A stretch of DNA of 64,000 nucleotides from Patescibacteria group bacterium (GCA_943355005.1 CALRDV010000002.1:64397-128396), one strand, 5' to 3'. Shown: positions 19,254-29,878, numbered from the stretch's first letter. Translations and numbers: made by a program. The notes: a model not told the origin generated them from the letters alone.

Positions 19254-21524
19254 CTATTGTTTTCCTTCGTTCGGATCTATATCACACCCGGCGACACAGG
19301 CTAACTCCTGGGCTGCCTTGGTATAGTCCTCCTCTTCATATCGATACAGCTTACTAAAGTCTATCGATGGGAAATTAGGTTTAAGCTTTTCGTATTCTTC
19401 CTTATCAATTTCCTGATATGGCATCTGAGAATAAGCCGCATCATAAGATGGCAAGAAGGACATTCCCCCGATTAAATTTCGGTGTTCCCAAACCCACTTA
19501 ATCAAGTCAATTACTTCGTCCGGGTGATAAGTAATGGTTACACTAGGATTGTGTTCCGTCCAATTAATTTTATTCTGTAGCCAATACTCACATTGCTGGA
19601 TTGCCGAAAAGTTCTTTCGAGTGACGGCGCCATCAGGGGACTTGACAGGAAAATGAATCACCCAAGTGTTTGCATTTTCTGCCGTCTGACCGTTTTCCGG
19701 ATCCATCGGTACTCCTTCTGACTTTAATACCTTAAAGATAGAAGAATGAGTACTTACTCGAATATTTCGGACATAATACTGAGACCATCTGGCGTGAATC
19801 CCTGACGCACTATTAAATAGTTGGGAAGAATTACCGGAAGGCTTTACACAGGTCACCGCAGCCGCCTGATTAATTCCCAAAGCCTGAGCCGTAATCCTAT
19901 TTGTTTCTATAGCTACTTGTCTTAGGCGGTTTTGCACGGCAGCGTCTTGTACCACAGGACTATCCATTTGTCCGTTTATGTCTACTCCCAGCAATCTTTC
20001 CTCTTCACAATTCTTCTTCCATTGAGGCCTTAATCCGGAAAAGTTGGTTGCCATTGCTTGAATTGTTCCGATAATAGAAGCTACTTCTACCTTATCTTTT
20101 AGTGTTTCATAGGTATCCTCATGTCTGGCGATAGCAATTGAAAGGTTACAGAATTCATGAGGTCTCAATATAATCTCGCCACATGGATTAGTTCCAAACT
20201 CAGCCGCTTCTCTTCTGGCCGGTCTCATATCAATCGCCGATTGCCGATTAAAAATACCGGGCTCACCCCTACCGGACTTAACCATTTCAAGCATTTGCTT
20301 GGTTACTTCCAGCTGAGTTAGCCCAGACAGTGGCCAGACAGCACTATTGTTGGCGTTCCACCGTTGACTATTATCTCTTTCAAAATCTCCGGACTTACTG
20401 TCCCACATTTCCTTATCATCAAAGTCAAAGAGAGAAATCATAGCCGTTCTTCTCATCCCACCGGAAACAGCAGCAGTTCCAACCTCACACATAATATCGT
20501 GAGCATCAATAGGCCTCAGGAAACTCCCTTGTCTCGCAAACAATCTCTCTCTTACAAACTCCATCATTCTTCTAAATGGTTCGGGGCCGGAAGACCTACC
20601 ACCTTTTGTTAGGAGTATTGCTCCTGCAGGTCGAAGCATCGAATAATCAAACTTTATATCTCCACCATCAAACCAAACCGATAGGCCGGCTCGCAGTGCA
20701 GCGGCCCACCCCTCGGTTGTGTCCTCAACTACCATTTGTTTAGTCTCTAAACCATCTTGTCGCTTTACCCTTGGCAAATTTTCTACATACTTACTTTCTA
20801 CAGAGAAGCCGACCCCACACCCGTTCATAGAGATTAGTAGGGCTTCTACAAAAGAGTCAATACTATCTACCGGCTGGTAAGAACAGTTGTAAATAGCAAT
20901 ATTATTTCTTTTTGCAGCCGGACCTGCCATAGCCAAGAGCCTCATAGACGGGGTAGCTTTCATCTCCAACATTGAATTTCTTATTCTTTTATAAGCATCA
21001 GATTCCAGTCTTCCTTCAGATAGTTCGTGTAAGAAATCTACCGAGCGGTTTACAGTTTCTTTCCAGGTTTCCCTTCTGCCATAGTCGTAGTTAAAACGGG
21101 AGTATTTATCAAAAAACTGGAACTTTTGAATTTGATTCTCAAAATACACATCACTTTCGGCAAAAGCATCAGCCACCGCTTTTGGTATAGGTCTGGCATC
21201 CCTCAGCTTCGCATGTTCCAATCTGTAGATGATATAGCTTTTAGCTGCGGCAAACTCACCTGCTCCTTGCAATACAAGTTCTACTGCGTCTTGTACCTGC
21301 TCCACCGTTGGTTTTGTATATTTGACTCCAATAATATTTATCACTCTTTTTGCTAACTCCTCAATAGGAGTAGAGGGCACTTTCTCAATATCTTCGAAAC
21401 ACGACTTAATCGCCTTTTCTATTTTCGCCACCTCGAAAGGCATCACTCTACCATCCCTTTTCACAATTGTCTTGGGTATTTCGGGCTTAAGTTCTTCCAC
21501 TACCTTTTTCTTACTATTTTTCAT
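19254..21524 (-). CDS. nrdJ: Adenosylcobalamin-dependent ribonucleotide reductase (class II, NrdJ) with N-terminal ATP-cone
   Basis: ATP-cone at the N-terminus (VKRDGRVMPFEVAKIEKAI), catalytic NPCGEI motif, monomeric class II length. Confidence 0.8.
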   Translation of the reverse strand: MKNSKKKVVEELKPEIPKTIVKRDGRVMPFEVAKIEKAIKSCFEDIEKVPSTPIEELAKRVINIIGVKYTKPTVEQVQDAVELVLQGAGEFAAAKSYIIYRLEHAKLRDARPIPKAVADAFAESDVYFENQIQKFQFFDKYSRFNYDYGRRETWKETVNRSVDFLHELSEGRLESDAYKRIRNSMLEMKATPSMRLLAMAGPAAKRNNIAIYNCSYQPVDSIDSFVEALLISMNGCGVGFSVESKYVENLPRVKRQDGLETKQMVVEDTTEGWAAALRAGLSVWFDGGDIKFDYSMLRPAGAILLTKGGRSSGPEPFRRMMEFVRERLFARQGSFLRPIDAHDIMCEVGTAAVSGGMRRTAMISLFDFDDKEMWDSKSGDFERDNSQRWNANNSAVWPLSGLTQLEVTKQMLEMVKSGRGEPGIFNRQSAIDMRPARREAAEFGTNPCGEIILRPHEFCNLSIAIARHEDTYETLKDKVEVASIIGTIQAMATNFSGLRPQWKKNCEEERLLGVDINGQMDSPVVQDAAVQNRLRQVAIETNRITAQALGINQAAAVTCVKPSGNSSQLFNSASGIHARWSQYYVRNIRVSTHSSIFKVLKSEGVPMDPENGQTAENANTWVIHFPVKSPDGAVTRKNFSAIQQCEYWLQNKINWTEHNPSVTITYHPDEVIDLIKWVWEHRNLIGGMSFLPSYDAAYSQMPYQEIDKEEYEKLKPNFPSIDFSKLYRYEEEDYTKAAQELACVAGCDIDPNEGKQ

Positions 21525-21534
21525 TTTTTATTAA

Positions 21535-22008
21535 TTAATTATTAATTTCCTTGGAATTCAAAACAAACTTTTTGTAATCTTCTGCATCACTAAAATCCAT
21601 ATAAACACTAGCAAATCTCATGTAGGCCAGTTCATCCAATTTTTTTAACCGTATTAGTACCATCTTCCCAATGTCGCTCGATTTAATTTCAACAGTTTTC
21701 CTGTTTAGCATTTTGCACTCAACTTCGTCAACCAAATTTTCTATCTCTTCTTTGGCCACCCGCCTCTTGTAGCAAGCTTTTCCAACTCCTTTCAAGAGCT
21801 TATCTCTGTCATACTGTTCCATTTTCCCGCTTTTTTTAATTACCTTTAGATCGATGTGGACTATCTTCTCGTGAGTCGTAAATCGCTTTTCACATTTCTT
21901 ACACTGTCTTCTTCTTCTCACACCCTCAGCTCCAGGTAAACCCCGACTCTCCAAAACATTTGTATCTTCGTTGTTACAGTATGGGCAGTTCATATTTAGC
22001 GTTGTCAA
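21535..22008 (-). CDS. nrdR: Transcriptional repressor NrdR
   Basis: MNCPYCN...CKKCEKRF zinc ribbon followed by an ATP-cone; 157 aa; sits immediately upstream of nrdJ. Confidence 0.9.
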   Translation of the reverse strand: MTTLNMNCPYCNNEDTNVLESRGLPGAEGVRRRRQCKKCEKRFTTHEKIVHIDLKVIKKSGKMEQYDRDKLLKGVGKACYKRRVAKEEIENLVDEVECKMLNRKTVEIKSSDIGKMVLIRLKKLDELAYMRFASVYMDFSDAEDYKKFVLNSKEINN

Positions 22009-22185
22009 TCATCTTTTAACACTACCCCTAGTATGTCAACTGTAAAATAAGTAATCAGACTCTATCATTGAAGCCAATTTCCGCAAAATCTTCTTCAATT
22101 AAGGATTAATCCTATAGTTGATTTCCTGCCTATAAGTGCTAAAATTCCAACAATACACATTTTGTACCCTAAAAAGGAGGCCACC

Positions 22186-22803
22186 ATGCCTACAATCGAT
22201 TGGGATGCTGAAAAAAAAGCCAGAGAAAAAGCCAAAGAAATTGCAGATGAGGCTCGTAAGGCATACGTAGCTACTTATACCACCCAGGAAACTGACAAAA
22301 AAGCTACTGCAGGCATAAAGCTTCTGGAAACTCAGGAAAAAGTTTCTCTGTTTTTTAAAACCACAAAGTTTAATCATGCGATTCGTCAGACTCTCAGGTC
22401 TTTCGACCCCAGCCACACTGTCACAGCCTGGTTAGAGGGCCAACAAACACCATTGGGCGGTGAAACAAAAATCAGTCCTGATCATACCCCCGCCTTTGTT
22501 CTTGAAAGTCATGGCAAGAAAACACCTTCCGGAGCCCCAGGTCTCCATTACGTCGTACATTTCGGTGTACAACGTAGTGTAGAAATCTTTACTACCATCT
22601 GTCTAGATATGGCAAGTAATCCTTATCTATATGTCCATTTAGTGAACATCGATGGACGGACTCACGAATCTGACTGGGATAACACACTGGTCAATCCAAC
22701 CAACACAGAACTAGCCGAGTGGTTAAAAAAAGAAATCACCCTTTCAGGAATTAAAAAACCGGCAATAGTAGAGCGAGAACAACGAGTATTTCTTCCCGAC
22801 TAA
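22186..22803 (+). CDS. Hypothetical protein
   Basis: The ORF from 22162 has GGAGG 8-12 nt upstream of the ATG at 22186 (MPTIDWD...). No motif recognised. Confidence 0.5.
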   Translation: MPTIDWDAEKKAREKAKEIADEARKAYVATYTTQETDKKATAGIKLLETQEKVSLFFKTTKFNHAIRQTLRSFDPSHTVTAWLEGQQTPLGGETKISPDHTPAFVLESHGKKTPSGAPGLHYVVHFGVQRSVEIFTTICLDMASNPYLYVHLVNIDGRTHESDWDNTLVNPTNTELAEWLKKEITLSGIKKPAIVEREQRVFLPD

Positions 22804-22836
22804 ACACACTCTCCCCTAACCAGGGAGAGTTTTTTG

Positions 22837-23415
22837 TTACCCTAATACCGCCAGATTCATTCCAATTCGGGCCAAAATAGACCCTGCCACACTGCCCGTT
22901 TCTACTCTAATCCAAGCATTAATTACACCACCGGCTCCGGCAAAGAGAAACACTCCCAGCATATCAACCAACCCCAGCTTATAAACAAAAAACAATATTG
23001 GAAGCCGAATGACGGCCACCATTAGCCCAACAATAAGCAAATTAACCCCTCTTCCTTTTTGGATTTTCTCCAAATACCCCGCCACAAAACCACTAAAAAG
23101 TAGTTCCTCGGTAATTGCTGTGGCAACCGCTACACCTATTAAATTGGAATCAAACATTAATCCCATCAAATTAAATCTCCGGATCAAAACAAAATAAATA
23201 AGACCGACTAAAATTCCCATTACCAATGACATCAGATTATTCTTGCTAAACATGGTTACCCTATTCTTCATGGATAACTGCCACCAAAACACCGGAGTCA
23301 GCCACAGTATCGGTTTAAACCAAAGCTCAACAACCACATCCGGCATACGGACGAAACATCTGAAACTACCCCAAATCAAGAGTAAATACAAATAGTAGTA
23401 CCAAAGTCGCTTCAC
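22837..23415 (-). CDS. CPBP-family intramembrane metalloprotease (CAAX protease/Abi-like)
   Basis: Polytopic protein with the EELLFSG motif (EExxxR/G) typical of CPBP. Confidence 0.55.
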   Translation of the reverse strand: MKRLWYYYLYLLLIWGSFRCFVRMPDVVVELWFKPILWLTPVFWWQLSMKNRVTMFSKNNLMSLVMGILVGLIYFVLIRRFNLMGLMFDSNLIGVAVATAITEELLFSGFVAGYLEKIQKGRGVNLLIVGLMVAVIRLPILFFVYKLGLVDMLGVFLFAGAGGVINAWIRVETGSVAGSILARIGMNLAVLG

Positions 23416-23518
23416 AACTAAATACTACCATACGAGCTTGCCTCGCCGAAGAGTGTTTCAAAGGCGGGCTTGCCTCACCTAAACCGATTTATCTATTGGC
23501 GGGTATAATGAACATATC

Positions 23519-25891
23519 ATGCGTCCAAGCCACAAAGAAATACTTAAGAATATCGAGAAGAGTTATCAAAAACTCCTGGGAAGACGAAAATTTACCGCAC
23601 TCCAAATTATCCTGATTTTATCGGGACTATTTTTGATTTCACTATTTTTCTTGTTGAAAGATGTTCCCAGTCCTGCCAAATTAATCAAAACTCCCGCACC
23701 TGTTAGCACCAAAATTCTAGATCGTAACGGCAAACTCCTTTACGAAGTTTATTCAGATTACCGTCGCACTCCTATTGCGTCCAAAGATATTCCTGATTAT
23801 GTTAAAAAAGCCACTATTGCCATTGAAGATAAAAACTTTTACAAACATCATGGTCTGGACACCGTCGCCATTATTAGAGCTGCCTTCAACACCCTCAGGG
23901 GTAAAAGGCTCGAAGGTGGTTCTACCATCACCCAGCAACTGGTAAAGAACTCTTTACTCTCGGATCCAAGCCGAACTATCACCCGTAAAGTTAAAGAAGC
24001 CATACTCGCTCTAGTCACAGAATTTTATTACACCAAAGATCAAATCTTGGAACTTTATCTCAACCACTCTCCATACGGAGGTACAGTTTATGGCATAGAG
24101 ACAGCCGCCCAAACGTATTTCGGCAAATCAGCTAAAGACCTTGACCTTGCACAATCAGCACTACTAGCAGGGCTTCCTCAGTCCCCGACCCGATACTCAC
24201 CTTTCGGCGCAAATCCCGATCTCGCTATAAACCGCAAAGCCGAGGTTCTTAGACGTATGCAGGAAGATGGTTATATAACCAAAGAACAAGCTGATGCCGC
24301 TAAGAATGAAAAATTGGTTTTTGAAAAGAAGAATATTTCCATCAATGCCCCGCACTTCTCTCTCATGGTCAGAGATAGTTTGGTTCAAAAGTATGGTGAA
24401 GATAAAGTTAATATTGGCGGTCTAATAGTTACGACTTCACTCGATTTGGATTTACAAAATTATTTTCAAGCTTCCCTTTCGGCAGAGATGAACAAAATTG
24501 CTAAGCTCAAAATCAGCAATGGGGCAGCTATCGTTACGAAGCCAAATACAGGAGAAATACTGGCATTAATTGGTTCCAAGGATTATTACGACGATACTAT
24601 AGACGGTCAAGTTAACGTCGCCACTTCCCTGCGCCAGCCGGGCTCTTCCATTAAACCTGTCAACTACGCTACTGGATTACTAAATGGTTGGTCGGCAAGC
24701 ACTACTTACCTAGACGTCCCCACTTGTTTTACAGTCGCAGGCCAAAAACAATACTGCCCAAAAAATTATGACAGTACTTTCCGTGGACCGGTCTCTATGA
24801 GACAGTCACTAGCTAACTCACTAAATATTTCAGCCGTAAAAATGCTTGCTCTAAATGGTATAGATTCCTTCATTGCCACGGCTTCTGCTATGGGAATCAC
24901 TTCTTGGACAGATCCAAGTCGGTTTGGTCTCTCTCTGACTTTAGGTGGTGGTGAAGTCACCATGTATGACATGGCTAAAGTTTTTGGCACCTTTGCTAAT
25001 CAAGGTGTTACCGTTCCTCTTGTCTCAGTTCTTAAAGTTACCTCTTACGAAGGTCAAACACTCGAAGAATATCAGCCGGAAAAAATGGCCAACCTTGTCT
25101 CTGTTATGCCACTTAAATGGACAGATTTTTGGGATTATCAAAAAAATCCAGGCACCACCAACCCGACAGATCCAAAAGTCACACTTCCACTTGAAGTCCC
25201 TTTCATCATTTCCGATATCTTAGCTGACAATGGTGCCCGCTCAGCTGCTTTTGGCATAGGAAGTAAGCTTGTTATTCCTGGTCACTCCGTTTCAGTAAAA
25301 ACAGGCACCACAAACGATCTCAAAGACAACTGGACCATTGGCTACACCCCGGATTACTTAGCAGCTACTTGGGTAGGCAACAATGACAATTCTTCCATGA
25401 GTTACGTGGCTTCAGGAGTCACCGGTGCTTCACCAATCTGGAATACAATCATGAAAAAACTCCTCCAAAACACAAAAGACAGGCCTCTTTCCAAACCCGA
25501 AGGAATTACCAATTACCAGGTTTGCAACCTTACAGGATTTTTGGCTCAGCAAGAGAACCAGTGTGAGTCTCATTCAGAATATTTTATAAACGAGATGCTT
25601 CCACTCAGCCAAAACAACTTTCCATTAAAAAAGCAGGTTTGGGTTAGAAGGTCGGACAAGTATCCAATCCTACCCGGAGATGAAACCATTGATCGAGATC
25701 TAGAGGAGCACACTGTCGTATCCGATCCGTTTACCCAAGATTTTTGCCTAGACTGTGCCTACCCCGTAGATGACAAAGGTCATATTCAATGGCCACAAAC
25801 AGTTGTAGACTTGTCAAAATTTCAGTCTAGATTAGTTACTCCATTCAACTATATGCCCACAGTTACCCCGGAAAATGCTCCGCAAAATTAG
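23519..25891 (+). CDS. Class A penicillin-binding protein (PBP1A-type; GT51 transglycosylase plus transpeptidase)
   Basis: N-terminal TM; GT51 motifs EDKNFYKHHG and RKxxE; transpeptidase motifs SSIKP (SxxK) and KTGTT. Confidence 0.9.
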   Translation: MRPSHKEILKNIEKSYQKLLGRRKFTALQIILILSGLFLISLFFLLKDVPSPAKLIKTPAPVSTKILDRNGKLLYEVYSDYRRTPIASKDIPDYVKKATIAIEDKNFYKHHGLDTVAIIRAAFNTLRGKRLEGGSTITQQLVKNSLLSDPSRTITRKVKEAILALVTEFYYTKDQILELYLNHSPYGGTVYGIETAAQTYFGKSAKDLDLAQSALLAGLPQSPTRYSPFGANPDLAINRKAEVLRRMQEDGYITKEQADAAKNEKLVFEKKNISINAPHFSLMVRDSLVQKYGEDKVNIGGLIVTTSLDLDLQNYFQASLSAEMNKIAKLKISNGAAIVTKPNTGEILALIGSKDYYDDTIDGQVNVATSLRQPGSSIKPVNYATGLLNGWSASTTYLDVPTCFTVAGQKQYCPKNYDSTFRGPVSMRQSLANSLNISAVKMLALNGIDSFIATASAMGITSWTDPSRFGLSLTLGGGEVTMYDMAKVFGTFANQGVTVPLVSVLKVTSYEGQTLEEYQPEKMANLVSVMPLKWTDFWDYQKNPGTTNPTDPKVTLPLEVPFIISDILADNGARSAAFGIGSKLVIPGHSVSVKTGTTNDLKDNWTIGYTPDYLAATWVGNNDNSSMSYVASGVTGASPIWNTIMKKLLQNTKDRPLSKPEGITNYQVCNLTGFLAQQENQCESHSEYFINEMLPLSQNNFPLKKQVWVRRSDKYPILPGDETIDRDLEEHTVVSDPFTQDFCLDCAYPVDDKGHIQWPQTVVDLSKFQSRLVTPFNYMPTVTPENAPQN

Positions 25892-27092
25892 TCTATTTTT
25901 TCTCTTCTTGGCAATAATTTTTACTGGCATCACCGCCTATTCAGTTTGGAAAAATACATTACCACTCATCAGCCCGATTGCACTTATCGAAGTTATTACC
26001 GGAAACGCTCCTGCTACCAAATCAAAAAAAATTGTATACGGTTTCTTCCCCTACTGGAATCTTAAAGTGGCCGATGAACTGAATATCAGCCAACTAACTC
26101 ATTTTGCCTACTTTGCAGTAGATTTAAATCCGGATGGTACTATCAATAAAATAAACGACCACAAAGAGCAAGAACCGGGCTGGAATAAACTAAATTCAAA
26201 GGCTTTTGAAAAACTTTTATATCAAACAAAACTACTTGGTCAAAAAACTGTAATCACCATCACCGCTATGGATCCGGAAACAATCAGCTCACTGACAGAA
26301 GATTCTCAAATCTCTCTAACAGCAGTCCGTTCAATAATAGGTGTTTATCAAAACAAAGGTTTTGACGATATCAACGTAGACTTCGAATATGTAGGCGAGC
26401 CCAGTCAAAAAACAAGAGACGGTTTCACATTTTTTGTAAAAAGCCTAAAGTCAGCCTGTTTGTCAATTAATCCGAAATGCCAAATAGACATCGACGTTTT
26501 TGCCGATTCAGCCGAAAAATTCCGACTGTGGGATTTATCAGCTCTAAATTCCACGACCGATCACTTTATTGTCATGGCTTATGACTACTACAGAAAAAGC
26601 TCCAAGCAAGCCGGCCCCATTGCTCCGCTCACAGGTAAGTGCGGTTCAGACGCAAAACAAGATACCGTATGTCTTGATCAAGATATCATCACCCACATAT
26701 CTCAGTTCAGCAAAATACTTCCTTCAGACAAAATAATTTTAGGAGTTCCTTTTTATGGCTACGAATGGCAAACAGCGGACAATATGTATCTTGCAAACAC
26801 TTACCCCGGTACCGGTTCAATGGCCAGCTATTCTCGCATCCAATCCATTTTTTCGGACCCATTAGTATCTTCACTTTCGGCTCAATGGTCCACTCTTTCT
26901 TTAAGCCCCTACCTTTCATACACCAAATATAACAAAACATTCCTCATCCAATTCGAAAATACCGAATCGTTATATCAAAAAATTAAATTGGTAAAGTCTG
27001 CCAATCTTGGTGGCATAGCTATTTGGGCCTTAGGTTACGAAACTCCCTATCCGGATCTTTGGCAGCCCATCAAAGATCTTTCTTCCCTCTAG
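25875..27092 (+). CDS. Glycoside hydrolase family 18 domain protein (chitinase-like / peptidoglycan hydrolase-like)
   Basis: Signal/TM at the N-terminus; GH18 catalytic motif DDINVDFEY (DxxDxDxE). Confidence 0.6.
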   Translation: MLRKISLFFLFLAIIFTGITAYSVWKNTLPLISPIALIEVITGNAPATKSKKIVYGFFPYWNLKVADELNISQLTHFAYFAVDLNPDGTINKINDHKEQEPGWNKLNSKAFEKLLYQTKLLGQKTVITITAMDPETISSLTEDSQISLTAVRSIIGVYQNKGFDDINVDFEYVGEPSQKTRDGFTFFVKSLKSACLSINPKCQIDIDVFADSAEKFRLWDLSALNSTTDHFIVMAYDYYRKSSKQAGPIAPLTGKCGSDAKQDTVCLDQDIITHISQFSKILPSDKIILGVPFYGYEWQTADNMYLANTYPGTGSMASYSRIQSIFSDPLVSSLSAQWSTLSLSPYLSYTKYNKTFLIQFENTESLYQKIKLVKSANLGGIAIWALGYETPYPDLWQPIKDLSSL

Positions 27093-27166
27093 TGTTTTGT
27101 TCTCCATAGATTTACAATAGGATTTAGCCCCGCCTTCGTACTTTCCAAAAAATTTTCCTTGAGTTT

Positions 27167-29491
27167 ATGGTAACAAAGAAAGAATCTAAAACAAACACCT
27201 TTCTCGCAGCTCTGGGTTGTCCTGTCTTTAAATTGTTCCTTTTCCTAGTTTCTCTAATTGGTTTTGCCTTAATTTTCCTCGACAAACTTTACAGTACTTT
27301 GTCATCCGCCTTGGCGGATCTATACAAATTAATTCCGATTTCTCGAATTAATTTAAACCTTAAAAGTTTATCAGAAATTCGCTTTCCTCAATTAAAGTAC
27401 CCTGTATTCCCCAAAGTTAAATTACTTAAACTTCGATACTTTCTTTTTGCATTATCCCTAACAAGTCTTTCTATTTTTACATATTTTGAATTCTTCAAAG
27501 GACTTCCGGACCCAAAATCATTACAAGATTTCCCCTCTAAGCTAACTACTCAGATTTTAGATCGAAACGGAGTTCTACTTTACAAAATCTATAAAGATGA
27601 AAACAGAACTCTTATTTCACTAGACACGCTACCTCAACACGTCAAGAATGCTTTCCTGGCCGCCGAAGACAAAGATTTCTATATTCACCAAGGCTTCTCA
27701 GTTCCAGGAATTTTCAGAGCCCTATATAAAAATATTTTTGATGACAGAGCAGAAGGAGGATCCACCATTACCCAGCAGCTAATCAAAAACACCATCCTTT
27801 CATCAGAAAAAACCATATCCAGAAAAATAAAGGAAATTATTCTCGCTATTAGAACAGAACGAATTTTTTCAAAAGACAAAATATTTGAGATGTATCTTAA
27901 TCAAGTAGGTTTTGGTGGTCCTGCCTACGGCATACAAGAAGCTTCCAAACAATATTTTGATTTGGATGCCAATCAACTTGATCTAGCCCAATCCGCCTTC
28001 TTAGCCGGACTGACCAGGGCTCCTAGCAAATACTCTCCTTTTGGAGATCAACCGGAGCTTGCAACTTCCCGCCAACAATTGGTACTCAATCAAATGTACA
28101 AAGACGGTTTCATTTCTGAAGCAGAATTACAAGCTTCACTAAATGAAAAGCTTGATTTCAAGTCAGCCAAAATTGAAATCAGAGCCCCCCATTTCGTCAT
28201 GCTAATCAAAAGCATTTTAGAAAGTCAGTTGGGTGAAAATAAAGTTGCCCAAGGTGGTCTAAAAGTTTTTACCACTTTAGATTCAAAACTTCAGGACGAT
28301 GTTCAAAAAATCGTAACAAGTGAAGTTGCATCTCTGAAAAATCTAAAAGTTAGCAATGGCTCTGCCCTAGTCACCAACCCTGAAACAGGAGAAGTCCTTG
28401 CCATGGTCGGCTCCAAAGATTATTTTGATCTCAAAAATAACGGTCAAGTAAACCTTACCACTTCTCTCAGACAACCAGGCAGTTCTATCAAACCCCTCAA
28501 CTACGCTCTCTATTTTGAAAATGGTCATGGTCCGGCCACCATAATTGATGATCGCCCTATCACCATTCATCTCTCCGGCCAAGAAGCGTGGACACCCAAA
28601 AATTACGATGGTCGGTTTCATGGAACTATAACCCTCCGACAAGCCCTTGGCAGCTCCTACAATATTCCTTCTGTTTTACTACTTGCTCAAAACGGCACAA
28701 CTAATTTCGCTGACTTTGCCAAAAACCTTGGCATCACCACATGGACAAATACTTCTCGATACGGCCTCTCAATGGCACTCGGAAGTCTAGAAGTAAGGAT
28801 GATTGATTTGGCCACTGCTTACTCTACTTTTGCCAATCAAGGATTTACATCACCTCTTCAAACTATTCTCAAAGTAGAGGAGCCAAGTGGAAAACAATTT
28901 CACCTTTCCGGCTGTCCAAATGGCAGCCCTAATCTGGCAGAGGGTAGCACCGTCAATGCCGAAGATAACAGCTGCAGTCCAAAAAGAACCATCTCTCCAA
29001 ACACCGCTTATTTAATTTCCGACATACTAAGTGACAATACTGCCAGAAGCCCGGCTTTTGGGAGCAATTCGATTTTGAATATCAAAAATGCCAAAGTAGC
29101 TGTAAAAACAGGTACCAGTAACGATCTAAAAGATAATTGGACAATCGGCTACACCAAGAACTTTCTTGTCGCCACTTGGGTGGGAAACAACGATAACTCG
29201 CCCATGTCCCAAATCGCCTCTGGTATCACCGGAGCATCCCCCATTTGGGCCAAGATTTTTAACAAAATTTTAGAAACCAATCACGAATCCACACAGCTTA
29301 TCGCCCCTGAAGACTTAATTAAAGTCCCTATCTGTCTTCTTACCGGAACTCTTACTTGCACAGGCTGTCCTACCAGAATCGATTATTTTGTCAAAGGAAC
29401 GGAACCCAAAAAAACCTGTGACCCTGTTGATATTCAAAACCGACTCCATCCATCAACACCGACTGTGCCACCAACCCCCCAAATCCTCTAA
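27167..29491 (+). CDS. Second class A penicillin-binding protein (PBP1A paralog)
   Basis: GT51 motifs EDKDFYIHQG; transpeptidase motifs SSIKP and KTGTS. Confidence 0.85.
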   Translation: MVTKKESKTNTFLAALGCPVFKLFLFLVSLIGFALIFLDKLYSTLSSALADLYKLIPISRINLNLKSLSEIRFPQLKYPVFPKVKLLKLRYFLFALSLTSLSIFTYFEFFKGLPDPKSLQDFPSKLTTQILDRNGVLLYKIYKDENRTLISLDTLPQHVKNAFLAAEDKDFYIHQGFSVPGIFRALYKNIFDDRAEGGSTITQQLIKNTILSSEKTISRKIKEIILAIRTERIFSKDKIFEMYLNQVGFGGPAYGIQEASKQYFDLDANQLDLAQSAFLAGLTRAPSKYSPFGDQPELATSRQQLVLNQMYKDGFISEAELQASLNEKLDFKSAKIEIRAPHFVMLIKSILESQLGENKVAQGGLKVFTTLDSKLQDDVQKIVTSEVASLKNLKVSNGSALVTNPETGEVLAMVGSKDYFDLKNNGQVNLTTSLRQPGSSIKPLNYALYFENGHGPATIIDDRPITIHLSGQEAWTPKNYDGRFHGTITLRQALGSSYNIPSVLLLAQNGTTNFADFAKNLGITTWTNTSRYGLSMALGSLEVRMIDLATAYSTFANQGFTSPLQTILKVEEPSGKQFHLSGCPNGSPNLAEGSTVNAEDNSCSPKRTISPNTAYLISDILSDNTARSPAFGSNSILNIKNAKVAVKTGTSNDLKDNWTIGYTKNFLVATWVGNNDNSPMSQIASGITGASPIWAKIFNKILETNHESTQLIAPEDLIKVPICLLTGTLTCTGCPTRIDYFVKGTEPKKTCDPVDIQNRLHPSTPTVPPTPQIL

Positions 29492-29518
29492 AATATTATC
29501 ATTTAAGTTCATCACCTT

Positions 29519-29578
29519 GTCATTCCGGGCTTGAATCGGCCGCTGATACCCGAAGGGGTAAATCCATCTGGAATCTAT
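29519..29578. repeat. GTCATTCC-hairpin repeat copy (variant unit)
   Basis: gtcattccgggcttga... shares the GTCATTCC-stem-CTTGA head with the copies at 41858 and 55476. Confidence 0.6.
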
Positions 29579-29877
29579 TAAAGTTTATACTCAATATAAT
29601 TTTTCATCTCAGTCTTTGGTTCATCGGTTTCCAGTATCTCGTCCCCAGAACTGTTCCCGCCAAAGCTCGGTAATCCTAGTTTGAAATCTTTCATTTTTGG
29701 CCAAACCCAAAAAAACAAAGTAATTCCCAAAATTATCAATAAAGTCCAAAAAACCACTTTTCTATCGGCCTCACGTTCTTCTTTTGATTTCTTTTTCTTT
29801 ACTTTCTTCTTAGGCAGATCACCAACATTTTCATCATCCTCAGTTGGTACATCAATGGTTCTTTCGGTATCTTTCAT
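29578..29877 (-). CDS. Small lysine-rich membrane protein (hypothetical)
   Basis: One TM segment and a K/E-rich N-terminus; low-complexity sequence. Confidence 0.3.
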   Translation of the reverse strand: MKDTERTIDVPTEDDENVGDLPKKKVKKKKSKEEREADRKVVFWTLLIILGITLFFWVWPKMKDFKLGLPSFGGNSSGDEILETDEPKTEMKNYIEYKL

Positions 29878-29878
29878 A

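Noticed and set aside
22009-22160. Canonical 16-bp NrdR boxes (acaCwAtATaTwGtgt) upstream of nrdR/nrdJ.
   Set aside because: Only a loose inverted repeat (ACACTA-CCCC-TAGTATGT) is present, with a GC-rich centre unlike the AT-rich NrdR-box core. It is kept as a minor note, not called as a feature.
22099-22416. 105-aa minus-strand ORF antisense to the 22186-22803 gene; also the numerous 60-150 aa antisense ORFs throughout (e.g. 1803-2255, 3576-4112, 10015-11127, 35507-35953, 43331-43777, 54853-55359).
   Set aside because: They lie wholly inside strongly supported genes on the opposite strand, with low-complexity Ser/Pro/Leu-rich translations typical of antisense frames in AT-rich DNA.
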